Positions 49,930 to 64,000 of a stretch of 64,000 bases of DNA are shown here, piece by piece. The notes under the pieces were generated by a model. That model was not told the DNA's origin, did not search any database, and worked only from the letters and a program-made list of their open reading frames with translations. The DNA lies in NCBI GenBank assembly GCA_026708265.1, contig JAPOVI010000229.1:6847-70846 (forward strand). Reading direction: 5' to 3'. Numbering within the stretch: the first letter of the stretch is position 1; each line of letters starts with the position of its first letter. A program made the position numbers and the translations under genes. Source of the stretch: Acidobacteriota bacterium (GTDB taxonomy: Bacteria; Acidobacteriota; Vicinamibacteria; Vicinamibacterales; UBA8438).

Positions 49930-49958
49930 TTGCCCAACCGCCCCGCCCTCGCTACAAT
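49930..49958 (+). promoter_or_regulatory. sigma70-type promoter candidate for the PFOR gene (-35 TTGCCC, 17-nt spacer, -10 TACAAT)
   Basis: TTGCCC at 49930-49935 and TACAAT at 49953-49958. It lies in the divergent spacer, about 110 nt upstream of the ATG at 50068, which has a GGAG Shine-Dalgarno sequence. Confidence 0.45.
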
Positions 49959-50067
49959 GCGAGACTGAGTCGGGGCCGGTGCGCCCGCCCGCGCTCGCCC
50001 TCTCGACCGGCCGATTGGCGTCCGTGGCGGCCGGAGGATCCCGAAGACAACTGCTGGAGAAGACGGC

Positions 50068-54774
<4,707 letters not shown>

Positions 54775-54864
54775 AAGTCTGCTCCGTAGAACGGCTCGGA
54801 CGCCTGGAAGCCTGGTTGGGCACCGGGCGGAGCCGTCAGGCGACGAGGGGAAGCCTGTACGGAC

Positions 54865-54883
54865 GCGAGCCGGCGGGGCTCGC
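54865..54883. terminator. hairpin between the convergent PFOR and M49-like genes
   Basis: GCGAGCC-GGCGG-GGCTCGC, a 7-bp stem with a 5-nt loop. No U-tract. Confidence 0.3.
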
Positions 54884-54888
54884 GGGGA

Positions 54889-56592
54889 TCAGCGCTCCGC
54901 GGCGAGGGCTTCCGCGGTGACGTAGCGCGGGCGGATGTCGACGGGCACGTCGCCCAGCCGGTCGAGCACCCGCTGAACCTCCGGGCGCACCACGCCGAGC
55001 GTTTCCAGCACCTCGACCGCCGCGTCGTAGTCGCCGTGCGCCTGGATGGTCATCAGGCGGCGGGTCAGCCCCTCGACCGCGTCGCGGATGCGGGCGTGGT
55101 CGACCGCGAAGCGTCCCTCCGCGTCGACCGTCACGGCCCCGGCATCGAGGAACGTGTTGAGCTGGATGGCCACGCCGCGACCGTGCGCCGCATTGATGCC
55201 GAAGCGGATCGAGCGGAAGGTAGAGGCGAGGAACGTCGTGTAGATGGAGCGCTCCAGGGAGCGGTCGATGACGCCCCGGTCGATCAGGCGGTGCAGGGCC
55301 CACAGGCCCGAGATGTCGGCCTTCGCCTCCTCGATGACGCTCGACGCCTCCCGCAGCGCCTGGCGCACCGTCGTGGCGCGGCCGTCCACCGTCACCTCCT
55401 GCGGGCCCAGGCCGTGCATGAGCTCGTGCATCAGGATGTGGGTGAAGAAGGCCTGGAAGGACACGTCGGTCCGCGCCGCTGCCGGCAGGGCGACCGCGGC
55501 GATCGGCGCAAGCACGTGGCGGAACTTCGCTTCCTGGACGTTCCTGAGCATCACCCGCTTGGAGCCGTGGTCGCGGATGACCCGCTCATCGTTCGGCAGA
55601 TTGAACGCGGCGGTCTGGACCCCGCTGTTGGCGTCGCCCGCGGTGAAGACCACGTTGACGACCCGGATCGGCGCGAGCGCCCCGAGCTGCGGGTCGCGGT
55701 AGGCCGGGTCTATCGGAAGCGCGTCCTCCAGCCCCTGGAGCTCCGCGCCGAAGCGCGCGAGCTGCGCCGTCTCCTCGTCGTCGCGGATCGTGACGAAGGC
55801 CTCGAATGCGGCCTTGTAGTTGAACCAGCCGTCCTCGTAGACCTCGTAGGGCCCGATCGTCGGCTCGATCGCCGAGTCGAGCTGCATCCAGGCGACGTCG
55901 CTGTCGTAGTAGTCGTTCGACGCGAACGCCGCCGCCCGCGACCGCAGGTAGCGGGCCAGCGACGGTTCCGCGGTCAGGTCGGCCGCCGCGCGCAGGTGGC
56001 CCGCCGCCACCGCGAGCGCTCCCTGGTACTCCACGCTGTAGGGAACCGCACGCAAGTCGCCGCCCGGGCCGCGTCGAATGGTCGTGAAGAAACCGGTGGC
56101 GGCTTGGCTCTCGTCGCCCGTGAGGCCGTCGAACCACGCCGCGACCTCGTCGCGACCGGCGTCCGGCGGGTAGTAGCCGGCGCCGGCGGGCTTGGCAGGC
56201 ACGCCCGGCAGGAACGGCCGGTCGCCCTCCAGGCGCGACCAAGGTCCCTTGTTGACGAGGAAGTAGTCGAGGCGGGCGCGGCCGGCAGGGCTGCGATCAC
56301 CCTCGAGCGCCATCAGGACGGTCGGGTTTCCGGGCCACACCTGCTCGAGGAACAGGGCATCCATCACCCGCGCCGCATCGACGATGCGAGCGAGAGCGGC
56401 GCGCTCGGTGGCCGGGAGGGCCGCGACGTCGGCCCCGATCTCCACCGGTGCGTACAGTCGGTCCATGGTCGCTCCCACCGGCTCCTGCCCGGCCGGCGCC
56501 GCCGGCGCGGCGACGAGAGCGCTGGCCGCGAGCAGCAGCGGCGCCGCGCCGCCGGGCCTGCAGGAACAGGAAAGGGTGCGGATACGAGCCAT
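54889..56592 (-). CDS. secreted M49-like (dipeptidyl-peptidase III family) zinc metallopeptidase
   Basis: Signal/lipoprotein-like N-terminus. Zinc motifs HELMHGLGP and EEAKADISG correspond to the DPP III HExxxH / EExxxx pair. Confidence 0.7.
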   Translation of the reverse strand: MARIRTLSCSCRPGGAAPLLLAASALVAAPAAPAGQEPVGATMDRLYAPVEIGADVAALPATERAALARIVDAARVMDALFLEQVWPGNPTVLMALEGDRSPAGRARLDYFLVNKGPWSRLEGDRPFLPGVPAKPAGAGYYPPDAGRDEVAAWFDGLTGDESQAATGFFTTIRRGPGGDLRAVPYSVEYQGALAVAAGHLRAAADLTAEPSLARYLRSRAAAFASNDYYDSDVAWMQLDSAIEPTIGPYEVYEDGWFNYKAAFEAFVTIRDDEETAQLARFGAELQGLEDALPIDPAYRDPQLGALAPIRVVNVVFTAGDANSGVQTAAFNLPNDERVIRDHGSKRVMLRNVQEAKFRHVLAPIAAVALPAAARTDVSFQAFFTHILMHELMHGLGPQEVTVDGRATTVRQALREASSVIEEAKADISGLWALHRLIDRGVIDRSLERSIYTTFLASTFRSIRFGINAAHGRGVAIQLNTFLDAGAVTVDAEGRFAVDHARIRDAVEGLTRRLMTIQAHGDYDAAVEVLETLGVVRPEVQRVLDRLGDVPVDIRPRYVTAEALAAER

Positions 56593-56846
56593 GACGACCG
56601 ATCCTCCCCCGCCGCGGCGCCCGATCGACGCCGATGAGTCGTTCCCCCCGCGGGCCCGCGTCCCGTCGCGGGGGCTGCCGGTCGGGCGGCGGCCTGTCGC
56701 GATCGGCGCCCCTATAGTACCGTAGGCAGCTCGGCACCCCGCCGCCGGGTCCGGCGCGGATCCCCAGGCGCCTGGGGTGTCCGGGGCCGGCGGAGCGCGG
56801 GACGGCCAGCGCGTTCAAGGCTCGGGACGACGGAGACCATAGCGAC

Positions 56847-58286
56847 GTGGCGCAGACGACGGAAACGACGGACCTCGTGGTGGTGGGCGCCGGGCCGGGC
56901 GGCTATGCCGCCGCCTTCGATGCGGCCGACCGCGGCCTCTCCGTAACGCTGGTCGACGAGTCGGCGCAGCCCGGCGGCGTCTGCCTGCACCGCGGGTGCA
57001 TCCCGTCCAAGGCCCTGCTGCACGCGGCCAAGGTGCTGACCGACGCCCGGGACGCCAGCCGCTGGGGCATCGGCTTCGGGCCGCCCTCCATCGACCTGGC
57101 CGCGATGCGGGACTGGAAGACGAAGATCGTCGAGCGGCTGACCGGCGGCCTGGGCCGCCTGGCCGCGCAGCGGTCGGTGCGCTACGTGCAGGGACGCGCC
57201 GCTTTCGCCGGGTCGCGCGAGCTGGCGGTGACGCCAATCGAGTCCGGAACCGAGGCCCCGTCGCGGATCGCCTTCGAGCATGCGATTCTGGCCACCGGAT
57301 CGCGTCCCGCTCGCCCCGGCCCGCTCGCCCTTGACGACGCCCGCGTGCTCGACTCCACGGCCGCGCTCTCGCTCGAGCGGGTGCCGCCGAAGCTGCTGGT
57401 GGTCGGCGGAGGCTACATCGGCCTCGAGCTGGGAACCGTCTACGGCGCGCTCGGATCGGCGGTCACCGTGGTCGAAGCGACGTCGCGCCTGCTTCCCGGC
57501 GCCGATCCGGACCTCGCGCGCGTCATCGCCCGGCGCTTCGGCCACCTGGCGGCGGCGGTGCATCTCGACACCACGGTGACGCAGCTTGCCGCCGGCCCCG
57601 CGGGGATCGACGTGACGCTCGCCGGCCCTGCCGGTGCCCCGGAGGCGGCGCGCTTCGACGCCGTGCTCGTCGCGGTAGGGCGTGTCCCCAACTCGGACGC
57701 GAGCGGGCTGGAGGGCACGCGGGTCGAGCTCGACCCGCAGGGGTTCGTGCGCGTCGACGCGGGGCAGCGGACGGCCGAACCCTCCGTCCTGGCCGTGGGC
57801 GACGTGACCGGCGAGCCGCTCCTCGCGCACAAGGCATTCCACGAGGCGCGCGTCGCCGTGGATACCATCATGGGTCGCGCGGCCCCTTCACCGCCGCGCG
57901 CGATTCCCGCCGTGGTCTTCACCGACCCCGAGGTCGCCTGGTGCGGCCTGACGGAGGCCGACGCCCTCGCAGCCGGCCGCCCCATCGCCACCGCCACCTT
58001 CCCGTGGGGCGCGTCCGGCCGCGCGCTGACCCTCGATCGACCCGAGGGGGTCACCAAGCTGGTGATCGACCCGGCGACGGAGCGGATTCTCGGCGTCGGC
58101 ATCGCAGGGGTCGGAGCGGGGGAGCTGATCGCCGAGGGGGTGCTCGCGGTCGAGCAGCAGGCGACGGCGTCCGACCTGGCGAGCGCGATCCACCCACACC
58201 CCACGCTGTCGGAGACGCTCACGGAAGCGGCCGACGCGTTCTTCGGGCGCAGCGTCCATCTTCCCCGCCCGCGGCGTCCCGCCTGA
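56847..58286 (+). CDS. lpdA: dihydrolipoyl dehydrogenase
   Basis: GTG start. VVVGAGPGGY, redox-active disulfide GGVCLHRGCIPSK, second Rossmann VVGGGYIGLELG, C-terminal HPHPTLSE. Confidence 0.92.
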   Translation: MAQTTETTDLVVVGAGPGGYAAAFDAADRGLSVTLVDESAQPGGVCLHRGCIPSKALLHAAKVLTDARDASRWGIGFGPPSIDLAAMRDWKTKIVERLTGGLGRLAAQRSVRYVQGRAAFAGSRELAVTPIESGTEAPSRIAFEHAILATGSRPARPGPLALDDARVLDSTAALSLERVPPKLLVVGGGYIGLELGTVYGALGSAVTVVEATSRLLPGADPDLARVIARRFGHLAAAVHLDTTVTQLAAGPAGIDVTLAGPAGAPEAARFDAVLVAVGRVPNSDASGLEGTRVELDPQGFVRVDAGQRTAEPSVLAVGDVTGEPLLAHKAFHEARVAVDTIMGRAAPSPPRAIPAVVFTDPEVAWCGLTEADALAAGRPIATATFPWGASGRALTLDRPEGVTKLVIDPATERILGVGIAGVGAGELIAEGVLAVEQQATASDLASAIHPHPTLSETLTEAADAFFGRSVHLPRPRRPA

Positions 58287-58326
58287 ACCCCGCGTCCGGG
58301 GTGGATGCGGGCGTGCGCCGCCAATG

Positions 58327-59259
58327 CTAGGCCGGGCCGGCCCCGGCGCAGGCGTCGGCCTGCTCGCGGGCGTGGTAGGAGCTGCGAACGAGCGGGCCCG
58401 ACTCCACGTGGCGGAAGCCGAGCGTCAGAGCGTGCGTGCGGAGCTCCGCGAACTCGTCCGGGTGGTAGTAGCGCTCCACCGGCAGGTGCGCCGCGGACGG
58501 GCGCAGGTACTGGCCGATCGTCAGGATGTCGCAGCCGACTCCCCGCAGATCGGCCAGCGTGGCCCGCAACTCGGCCGGCGTCTCTCCGAGGCCGACCATG
58601 ACGCCGGACTTCGTCGGCGTCGCCGGCCGGTGGCGGCGCGCCCGCGCCAGCAGGTCGAGCGCCCGGCGGTAGCGGCCGCCGGGGCGGGCGGCGCGGTACA
58701 GGCGCTCGACCGTCTCGATGTTGTGGTTGAGCACGTCGGGGCCTGCGTCGAGCACGCGCTCGAGGGCGGCGGCCCGACCGGCGAAGTCGGGGACCAGCAG
58801 CTCCACGCGGCAGTCCGGAGCGCACCGTCGAATCTCGCGGACCACCGCGGCGAAGACGGATGCGCCGCCGTCCGGCAGGTCGTCGCGGTCGACGGACGTC
58901 ACGACGACGTACGCCAGGCCGAGGGCCCCGACGGCGTCGGCGACCCGCTGCGGCTCGTCGCGATCCACCGCCCGGGGAGTGCCGTGGACGACGTTGCAGT
59001 AGCCGCACGACCGGGTGCAGACGTCGCCCAGAATCATGAAGGTCGCCGTGCCGCGGTGCCAGCACTCCCCGATGTTGGGGCAGCCGGCCTCCTCGCAGAC
59101 GGTGTTGAGGTCGAGACCGCGCAGGATGCGCTTCACCCGCAGGTAGCCGCTGCTGCCGGGGGCGCGGACGCGCAGCCAGCGCGGCTTCGGCTGTCGGGGC
59201 GCGGCGGCCCCACGGGCCACGCGGCCCCGAATCAGGGGGATGGTCACCGGCCTCGTCAT
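58327..59259 (-). CDS. lipA: lipoyl synthase
   Basis: ATG at 59259. Auxiliary cluster CEEAGCPNIGEC, radical-SAM CTRSCGYC, and the C-terminal RSSY motif. Confidence 0.92.
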   Translation of the reverse strand: MTRPVTIPLIRGRVARGAAAPRQPKPRWLRVRAPGSSGYLRVKRILRGLDLNTVCEEAGCPNIGECWHRGTATFMILGDVCTRSCGYCNVVHGTPRAVDRDEPQRVADAVGALGLAYVVVTSVDRDDLPDGGASVFAAVVREIRRCAPDCRVELLVPDFAGRAAALERVLDAGPDVLNHNIETVERLYRAARPGGRYRRALDLLARARRHRPATPTKSGVMVGLGETPAELRATLADLRGVGCDILTIGQYLRPSAAHLPVERYYHPDEFAELRTHALTLGFRHVESGPLVRSSYHAREQADACAGAGPA

Positions 59260-59374
59260 CGGCCTCGATCGTACCGCCAGCGTCGGCGCGGCGTCCATCG
59301 CGCCGGGCCCGCGCCCAGCGGCGGTGCGCGCCGGGCGCCGGCCCGGCCTCCGAGCGTGCGTGACCGGTGCGCCG

Positions 59375-59380
59375 TATACT
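59375..59380 (+). promoter_or_regulatory. -10-like box TATACT, 6 nt before the ATG at 59387 (leaderless geometry)
   Basis: GCCGTATACTTGGGCGATG. Same spacing as at mtnA. No Shine-Dalgarno sequence. Confidence 0.4.
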
Positions 59381-59386
59381 TGGGCG

Positions 59387-59740
59387 ATGTCGACGCGCCC
59401 GCCCGCGAGCCGCAGGTTCACGCTGAAGGACGCGCAGCTCCTGCTGCCCGCGGTGCGCGCCCGCACGACCGACGCGGTCGCGCAGGCGCGGGCCGTGGCG
59501 GAGCGGCTCGACCGCCTGCCCAACGGGCACCCGGATCGGGAGCGCCTGCTCCTGGCCCTCGACCGGGTGATCGGAGACTGGACCAGCGCCATCCAGGCGC
59601 TCGGCGCCGAGGTGAAGGGTCTCTGGCTCGTCGACTTCGACACCGGCGAGGGGTACTACTGCTGGCGCTACCCGGAGGCGGCGGTGCAGCACTACCACGG
59701 GTACGAGGAGGGGTTCGCCGGCCGCATGAAGATCGTCTGA
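59387..59740 (+). CDS. small conserved protein, DUF2203-like
   Basis: 117 aa. C-terminal GEGYYCWRYPEAAVQHYHGYEEGFAGRMKI resembles the DUF2203 signature. Assignment is from memory of the family pattern. Confidence 0.5.
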   Translation: MSTRPPASRRFTLKDAQLLLPAVRARTTDAVAQARAVAERLDRLPNGHPDRERLLLALDRVIGDWTSAIQALGAEVKGLWLVDFDTGEGYYCWRYPEAAVQHYHGYEEGFAGRMKIV

Positions 59741-59895
59741 GCGCCCGGCGCCCGAGGGCCGGCCGGCGGCGGGAAGACGCCGTCCACGGCTCCGGAAGGC
59801 CGCGTCGGCCACTCCGGATGCCGGCCGTCGCCTTGATCCGCGCCCCGGCCGGCATGTATTCTTGGTGCGGTTCGGTGGCGGAGTCGGAGGAGTGA

Positions 59896-60159
59896 ATGGC
59901 CTATTCGATCTGTGAGCCGTGTGTGGGCACGAAGGACACCGCATGCGTGGACGTCTGCCCGGTGGACTGCATCCATCCCCGCAAGGACGAGGACGACTTC
60001 GAAGCGGAGACGATGCTCTACATCCACCCCGAGGAGTGCATCGACTGCGGCGCGTGCGTTCCCGCGTGCCCGGTGGAGGCGATCTTCGCCAACGATGAGG
60101 TGCCCGATCAGTGGCAGAGCTTCATCGACACGAACGCGCAGTGGTACGAGGGGAAGTAG
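59896..60159 (+). CDS. fdxA: 7Fe-type ferredoxin ([3Fe-4S][4Fe-4S], FdxA-like)
   Basis: Shine-Dalgarno GGAGGAG. CEPCVGTKDTACVDVCPVDC plus CIDCGACVPACP cysteine patterns. 87 aa. Confidence 0.88.
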   Translation: MAYSICEPCVGTKDTACVDVCPVDCIHPRKDEDDFEAETMLYIHPEECIDCGACVPACPVEAIFANDEVPDQWQSFIDTNAQWYEGK

Positions 60160-60210
60160 GCGCGATTCCGTGAGCGCGGCGCCGCCTGCGGGCGCCGGGA
60201 CGACAGCCAC

Positions 60211-60747
60211 ATGGGCCTCATCGAGCATCGCTTCGAAGACAACTTCATAACGACCAACGTCGATCGGGTGCTGAACTGGGCTCGCCAGTCCTCGCTCTGG
60301 CCGATGGGCTTCGGGCTCGCCTGCTGCGCGATCGAGATGATCGCCACCTCGACTTCCCGGTACGACATCGCCCGCTTCGGGGCCGAGGTGTTCCGCGCCT
60401 CCCCGCGCCAGTCCGATCTGATGATCGTCGCGGGGACGGTCACCAAGAAGATGGCCCCGGTGCTGCGCCGCCTCTACGACCAGATGCCCGAACCGAAGTG
60501 GGTCATGTCGATGGGGAGCTGCTCGAACGCGGGCGGTCCGTTCCCGACCTACAGCGTGTTGCAGGGCGTCGACAAGATCGTGCCGGTGGACGTTTACGTA
60601 TCGGGCTGTCCGCCGCGTCCGGAAGCCCTCCTCTACGGGTTGATGCGCCTGCAGGACAAGATTCGCAAGGAGAACACGATCCTGCGCAAGGAGCGCGTCA
60701 TCATGGCCGGCCAGAGCGAGCCGATCGTCGTCGATGGCCGGGCCTAG
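60211..60747 (+). CDS. nuoB: NADH-quinone oxidoreductase subunit B (N2 cluster subunit)
   Basis: [32 protein letters not shown] and GCPPRPEAL. All four N2 ligands are present. Confidence 0.92.
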   Translation: MGLIEHRFEDNFITTNVDRVLNWARQSSLWPMGFGLACCAIEMIATSTSRYDIARFGAEVFRASPRQSDLMIVAGTVTKKMAPVLRRLYDQMPEPKWVMSMGSCSNAGGPFPTYSVLQGVDKIVPVDVYVSGCPPRPEALLYGLMRLQDKIRKENTILRKERVIMAGQSEPIVVDGRA

Positions 60748-60756
60748 GATCGAACC

Positions 60757-61227
60757 GTGCTGTTCCTGCAGAAGTTCTTTCGGACCGTCTTCCTCGTAGA
60801 CCTGGTCAAGGGCCTGCTGGTCACGCTCAAGTACACGCCGCAGCCCGCCTTCACGTTCCAGTATCCGCAGGAGCGCCGCCCGGTGGCTCCTCGTTTCCGG
60901 GGCGTGCTGCGGTTGCAGGTCGAGCCGGAAACGGGGGCGCAGACCTGCATCGTGTGCGACCAGTGCGCCAAGGCATGCCCCGACGAGTTGATCAACCTGG
61001 GGGGGCATCGGGAGCCCGGCCACAAGATCAAGGTGCTCGACTACTTCGACTTCAACCTGTCGCGGTGCAGCTTCTGCGGGCTCTGCGCCGAGGTGTGCCC
61101 CACGAAGCCGGTGAAGGCGCTCATCATGAGCGAGGATTACGAGCTGGGGACCTACAGCCGGAGCGCGCAGATCCTGCGCGTCGACGACATGTACGACGGT
61201 GTCCCCATTCAGCAGTACACCCGGTGA
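60757..61227 (+). CDS. nuoI: NADH-quinone oxidoreductase subunit I (2x[4Fe-4S])
   Basis: GTG start. TFQYPQERRPVAPRFRG, CIVCDQCAKACP, CSFCGLCAEVCP. Confidence 0.9.
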   Translation: MLFLQKFFRTVFLVDLVKGLLVTLKYTPQPAFTFQYPQERRPVAPRFRGVLRLQVEPETGAQTCIVCDQCAKACPDELINLGGHREPGHKIKVLDYFDFNLSRCSFCGLCAEVCPTKPVKALIMSEDYELGTYSRSAQILRVDDMYDGVPIQQYTR

Positions 61228-61309
61228 ACCGGCCCGTGGCGGGCCGCGCGCCCTCACCGGCGCAGCCCGGGGCTCGGCCTGAGGGGACAACCCGACCCGG
61301 GAGGCTTCC

Positions 61310-62824
61310 ATGCGCGTTGGTCTTCGCGGCGTGGTGATAGCGCTCGCCGTCGCCGCGGCAGCGCCCATCGTAATCGACGCCAACTCCACCCCCGCTTCCG
61401 CACGTAGCGAGATCCGCCTGGAGCTGGGCGACCTCCTCTTCGGGGACGAGCGTTACTGGGAGGCCATCGTCGCCTTCGAGCGCGCCAAGGAAGGAGCCCG
61501 TTCGGATCAACTGGCCCGAGCGTCGCGCGGGTTGCTCCGGTCGCTGCTTCAGGTGGCGGAGTTCGCCCGCGCCCGCCAGGAGGCGGAGGTATTGGCGGAG
61601 GTCGCCGATCCGGCGGACGCCCCGTCACGCACCCTGTACGCCGACGCCCTGTGGGCTTCGGGCCTGTTCGCGGAGGCCGAGGCCGCCTACCGTGACGTAC
61701 TGGCGATCGATCCCGAGGCCGGCGGGGCCCGTCACGGACTTGCGCGCGGGCTCGCTGCCCGGGGCCGGCTCGAGGAGGGCCTTACCGAGGCCCAGGCGGC
61801 CATCGCCGCGTCCGACGCCCCGGAGGCGCACCACACGCTGAGCACGATCTATCGCCGGCTGCGGCGCTATCCGGAGGCCGCCGAGGCCCTGACCGCCTAC
61901 GTAGACCGGCTGCCCGCCACCCGGCGCACGGAGAAAGCGCAGTGGGCCCGCTCCGAGGTCCGGTTCCTCCGCTCGTTCGGTGACCGGCCGGCTCTCGACA
62001 TCCCGCCGGAGCAGGCCGCACGGCTGCACACGATTCCTTTCCGCCTGGAGCGGGACAAGGTGGTCGTCCGCGGCCGCATCAACGGCGGCGCGGAGATGGA
62101 CCTCGTCATCGACACCGGCGCCGAGCAGATGGTGCTGTCGAAGCCGACCGCGGAGCGGCACCGCATCCGGCCGATCGTCAATACGCTGAGCGCCGGGGTG
62201 GGCGACATCGGACTGCGCGGCCTGGAGATGGGGCGCGCCGACTCCCTGGAGATCGGGACGCTCACCATCCGCAACGTCCCGGCGATCATCAAGAATCCGC
62301 CCCTGTCCGGGCTCCCCGACACGCGGGTGGAGAACAGCATCTCTCCGCTCGCCTTCGGCATGTCGGCCATCATCGACTACGAGCGGCAGCAGATGCTGGT
62401 CGGCCGGGAGATCCCGGAGGAGCCCGCCGACGTCGTGCTGCCACTGCGATTCAATCGGCTGGCGATGGTGCGCGGCGTCGTCAACCAGGACCACCCGAAG
62501 AGCTTCATCGTCGACACCGGCGGCGAGGTGATCTCGATCAGCCTCGCCACCGCGAACACGCTCGGCATGGTCCCGGTGCGGCACATTCCGTTGCAGGTGT
62601 TCGGGACCTCGGGCTGGGACATGGACGCGTTCCTGCTGCCGGGCGTGCATCTGGCCTTCGATCGCATCCAGTACGAGAACTTCTCGGTCGTCGTGCTCAA
62701 CCTGCACCGCCCGAGCGCCTTGCTGGGCTTCCACATCGGAGGCATCGTCGGCCACCGCTTCCTGAGCAACTACCGCGTCACCCTCGACCTCCAGCGCTCC
62801 ACGCTGCGCCTCACCAGCATCTGA
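61310..62824 (+). CDS. secreted TPR-repeat protein with two retropepsin-like aspartic protease domains
   Basis: Signal-like N-terminus. TPR-like Ala-rich helices (residues about 30-200). Two D-T-G motifs (DLVIDTGAEQMVL and SFIVDTGGEVISI), each followed by a GIVG/ILG-type motif (GGIVGHRFL). Confidence 0.75.
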   Translation: MRVGLRGVVIALAVAAAAPIVIDANSTPASARSEIRLELGDLLFGDERYWEAIVAFERAKEGARSDQLARASRGLLRSLLQVAEFARARQEAEVLAEVADPADAPSRTLYADALWASGLFAEAEAAYRDVLAIDPEAGGARHGLARGLAARGRLEEGLTEAQAAIAASDAPEAHHTLSTIYRRLRRYPEAAEALTAYVDRLPATRRTEKAQWARSEVRFLRSFGDRPALDIPPEQAARLHTIPFRLERDKVVVRGRINGGAEMDLVIDTGAEQMVLSKPTAERHRIRPIVNTLSAGVGDIGLRGLEMGRADSLEIGTLTIRNVPAIIKNPPLSGLPDTRVENSISPLAFGMSAIIDYERQQMLVGREIPEEPADVVLPLRFNRLAMVRGVVNQDHPKSFIVDTGGEVISISLATANTLGMVPVRHIPLQVFGTSGWDMDAFLLPGVHLAFDRIQYENFSVVVLNLHRPSALLGFHIGGIVGHRFLSNYRVTLDLQRSTLRLTSI

Positions 62825-62883
62825 CGGCTAGTCGGAGCACCCCGCGGGGCGGCGCGAGGACGGGTGCGCGGCGGCGGGGTCCT

Positions 62884-64000
<1,117 letters not shown>

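Overview
The window is a roughly 70% G+C chromosomal segment from a diderm bacterium. Evidence for a diderm: an outer-membrane beta-barrel gene, PpiD, and an MreBCD-PBP2-RodA cluster. I cannot place the lineage from sequence alone. I support 58 protein-coding genes (two run off the window edges), one tRNA-Leu(CAG), three tandem-repeat arrays, a four-copy dispersed intergenic element and several AT-rich -10-like boxes. There are no rRNA genes, CRISPR arrays, transposases or integrases. Many very long ORFs in the supplied track are opposite-strand or out-of-frame artefacts of the high G+C content. I trimmed or rejected them using motif content, third-position G+C, Shine-Dalgarno sequences and start/stop overlaps.

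Gene content, left to right:
- An outer-membrane protein plus M4-like protease pair, two M16 peptidases and an esterase.
- LarE, divergent from a putative metal transporter.
- A lower-GC two-gene cassette: an ABC/SMC-type ATPase plus a Toprim-like partner.
- An ABC membrane-domain-only protein, a HAD hydrolase and a PaaI thioesterase (apparently frameshifted).
- A PQQ dehydrogenase, Ogt, a patatin-like lipase and an Rsm22-like methyltransferase.
- DUF2911 and NHL-repeat proteins, a cyclophilin, tRNA-Leu, SppA and PpiD.
- mreBCD-mrdA-rodA, RNase G, DinB and NupC.
- A long translationally coupled string: mtnA-tsaD, then DAACS-HD-ABC, then two ATPase/permease pairs.
- A GGCT-like protein, Hbd, FolE and YpdA.
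- A ChlI-like ATPase-VWA-LonN operon and a 1568-aa pyruvate:ferredoxin oxidoreductase.
- An M49-like peptidase, Lpd, LipA and an orphan ferredoxin-NuoB-NuoI trio.
- A TPR protein with two retropepsin-like domains, and an ABC exporter.

The best candidate for an undescribed system is the low-GC ATPase plus Toprim-like pair at 7647-9394. Its architecture resembles PARIS/AbiL-type defence modules. Other points worth a second look are the dispersed hairpin element, the three tandem-repeat arrays, the orphan Fdx-NuoB-NuoI module and the oversized PFOR.
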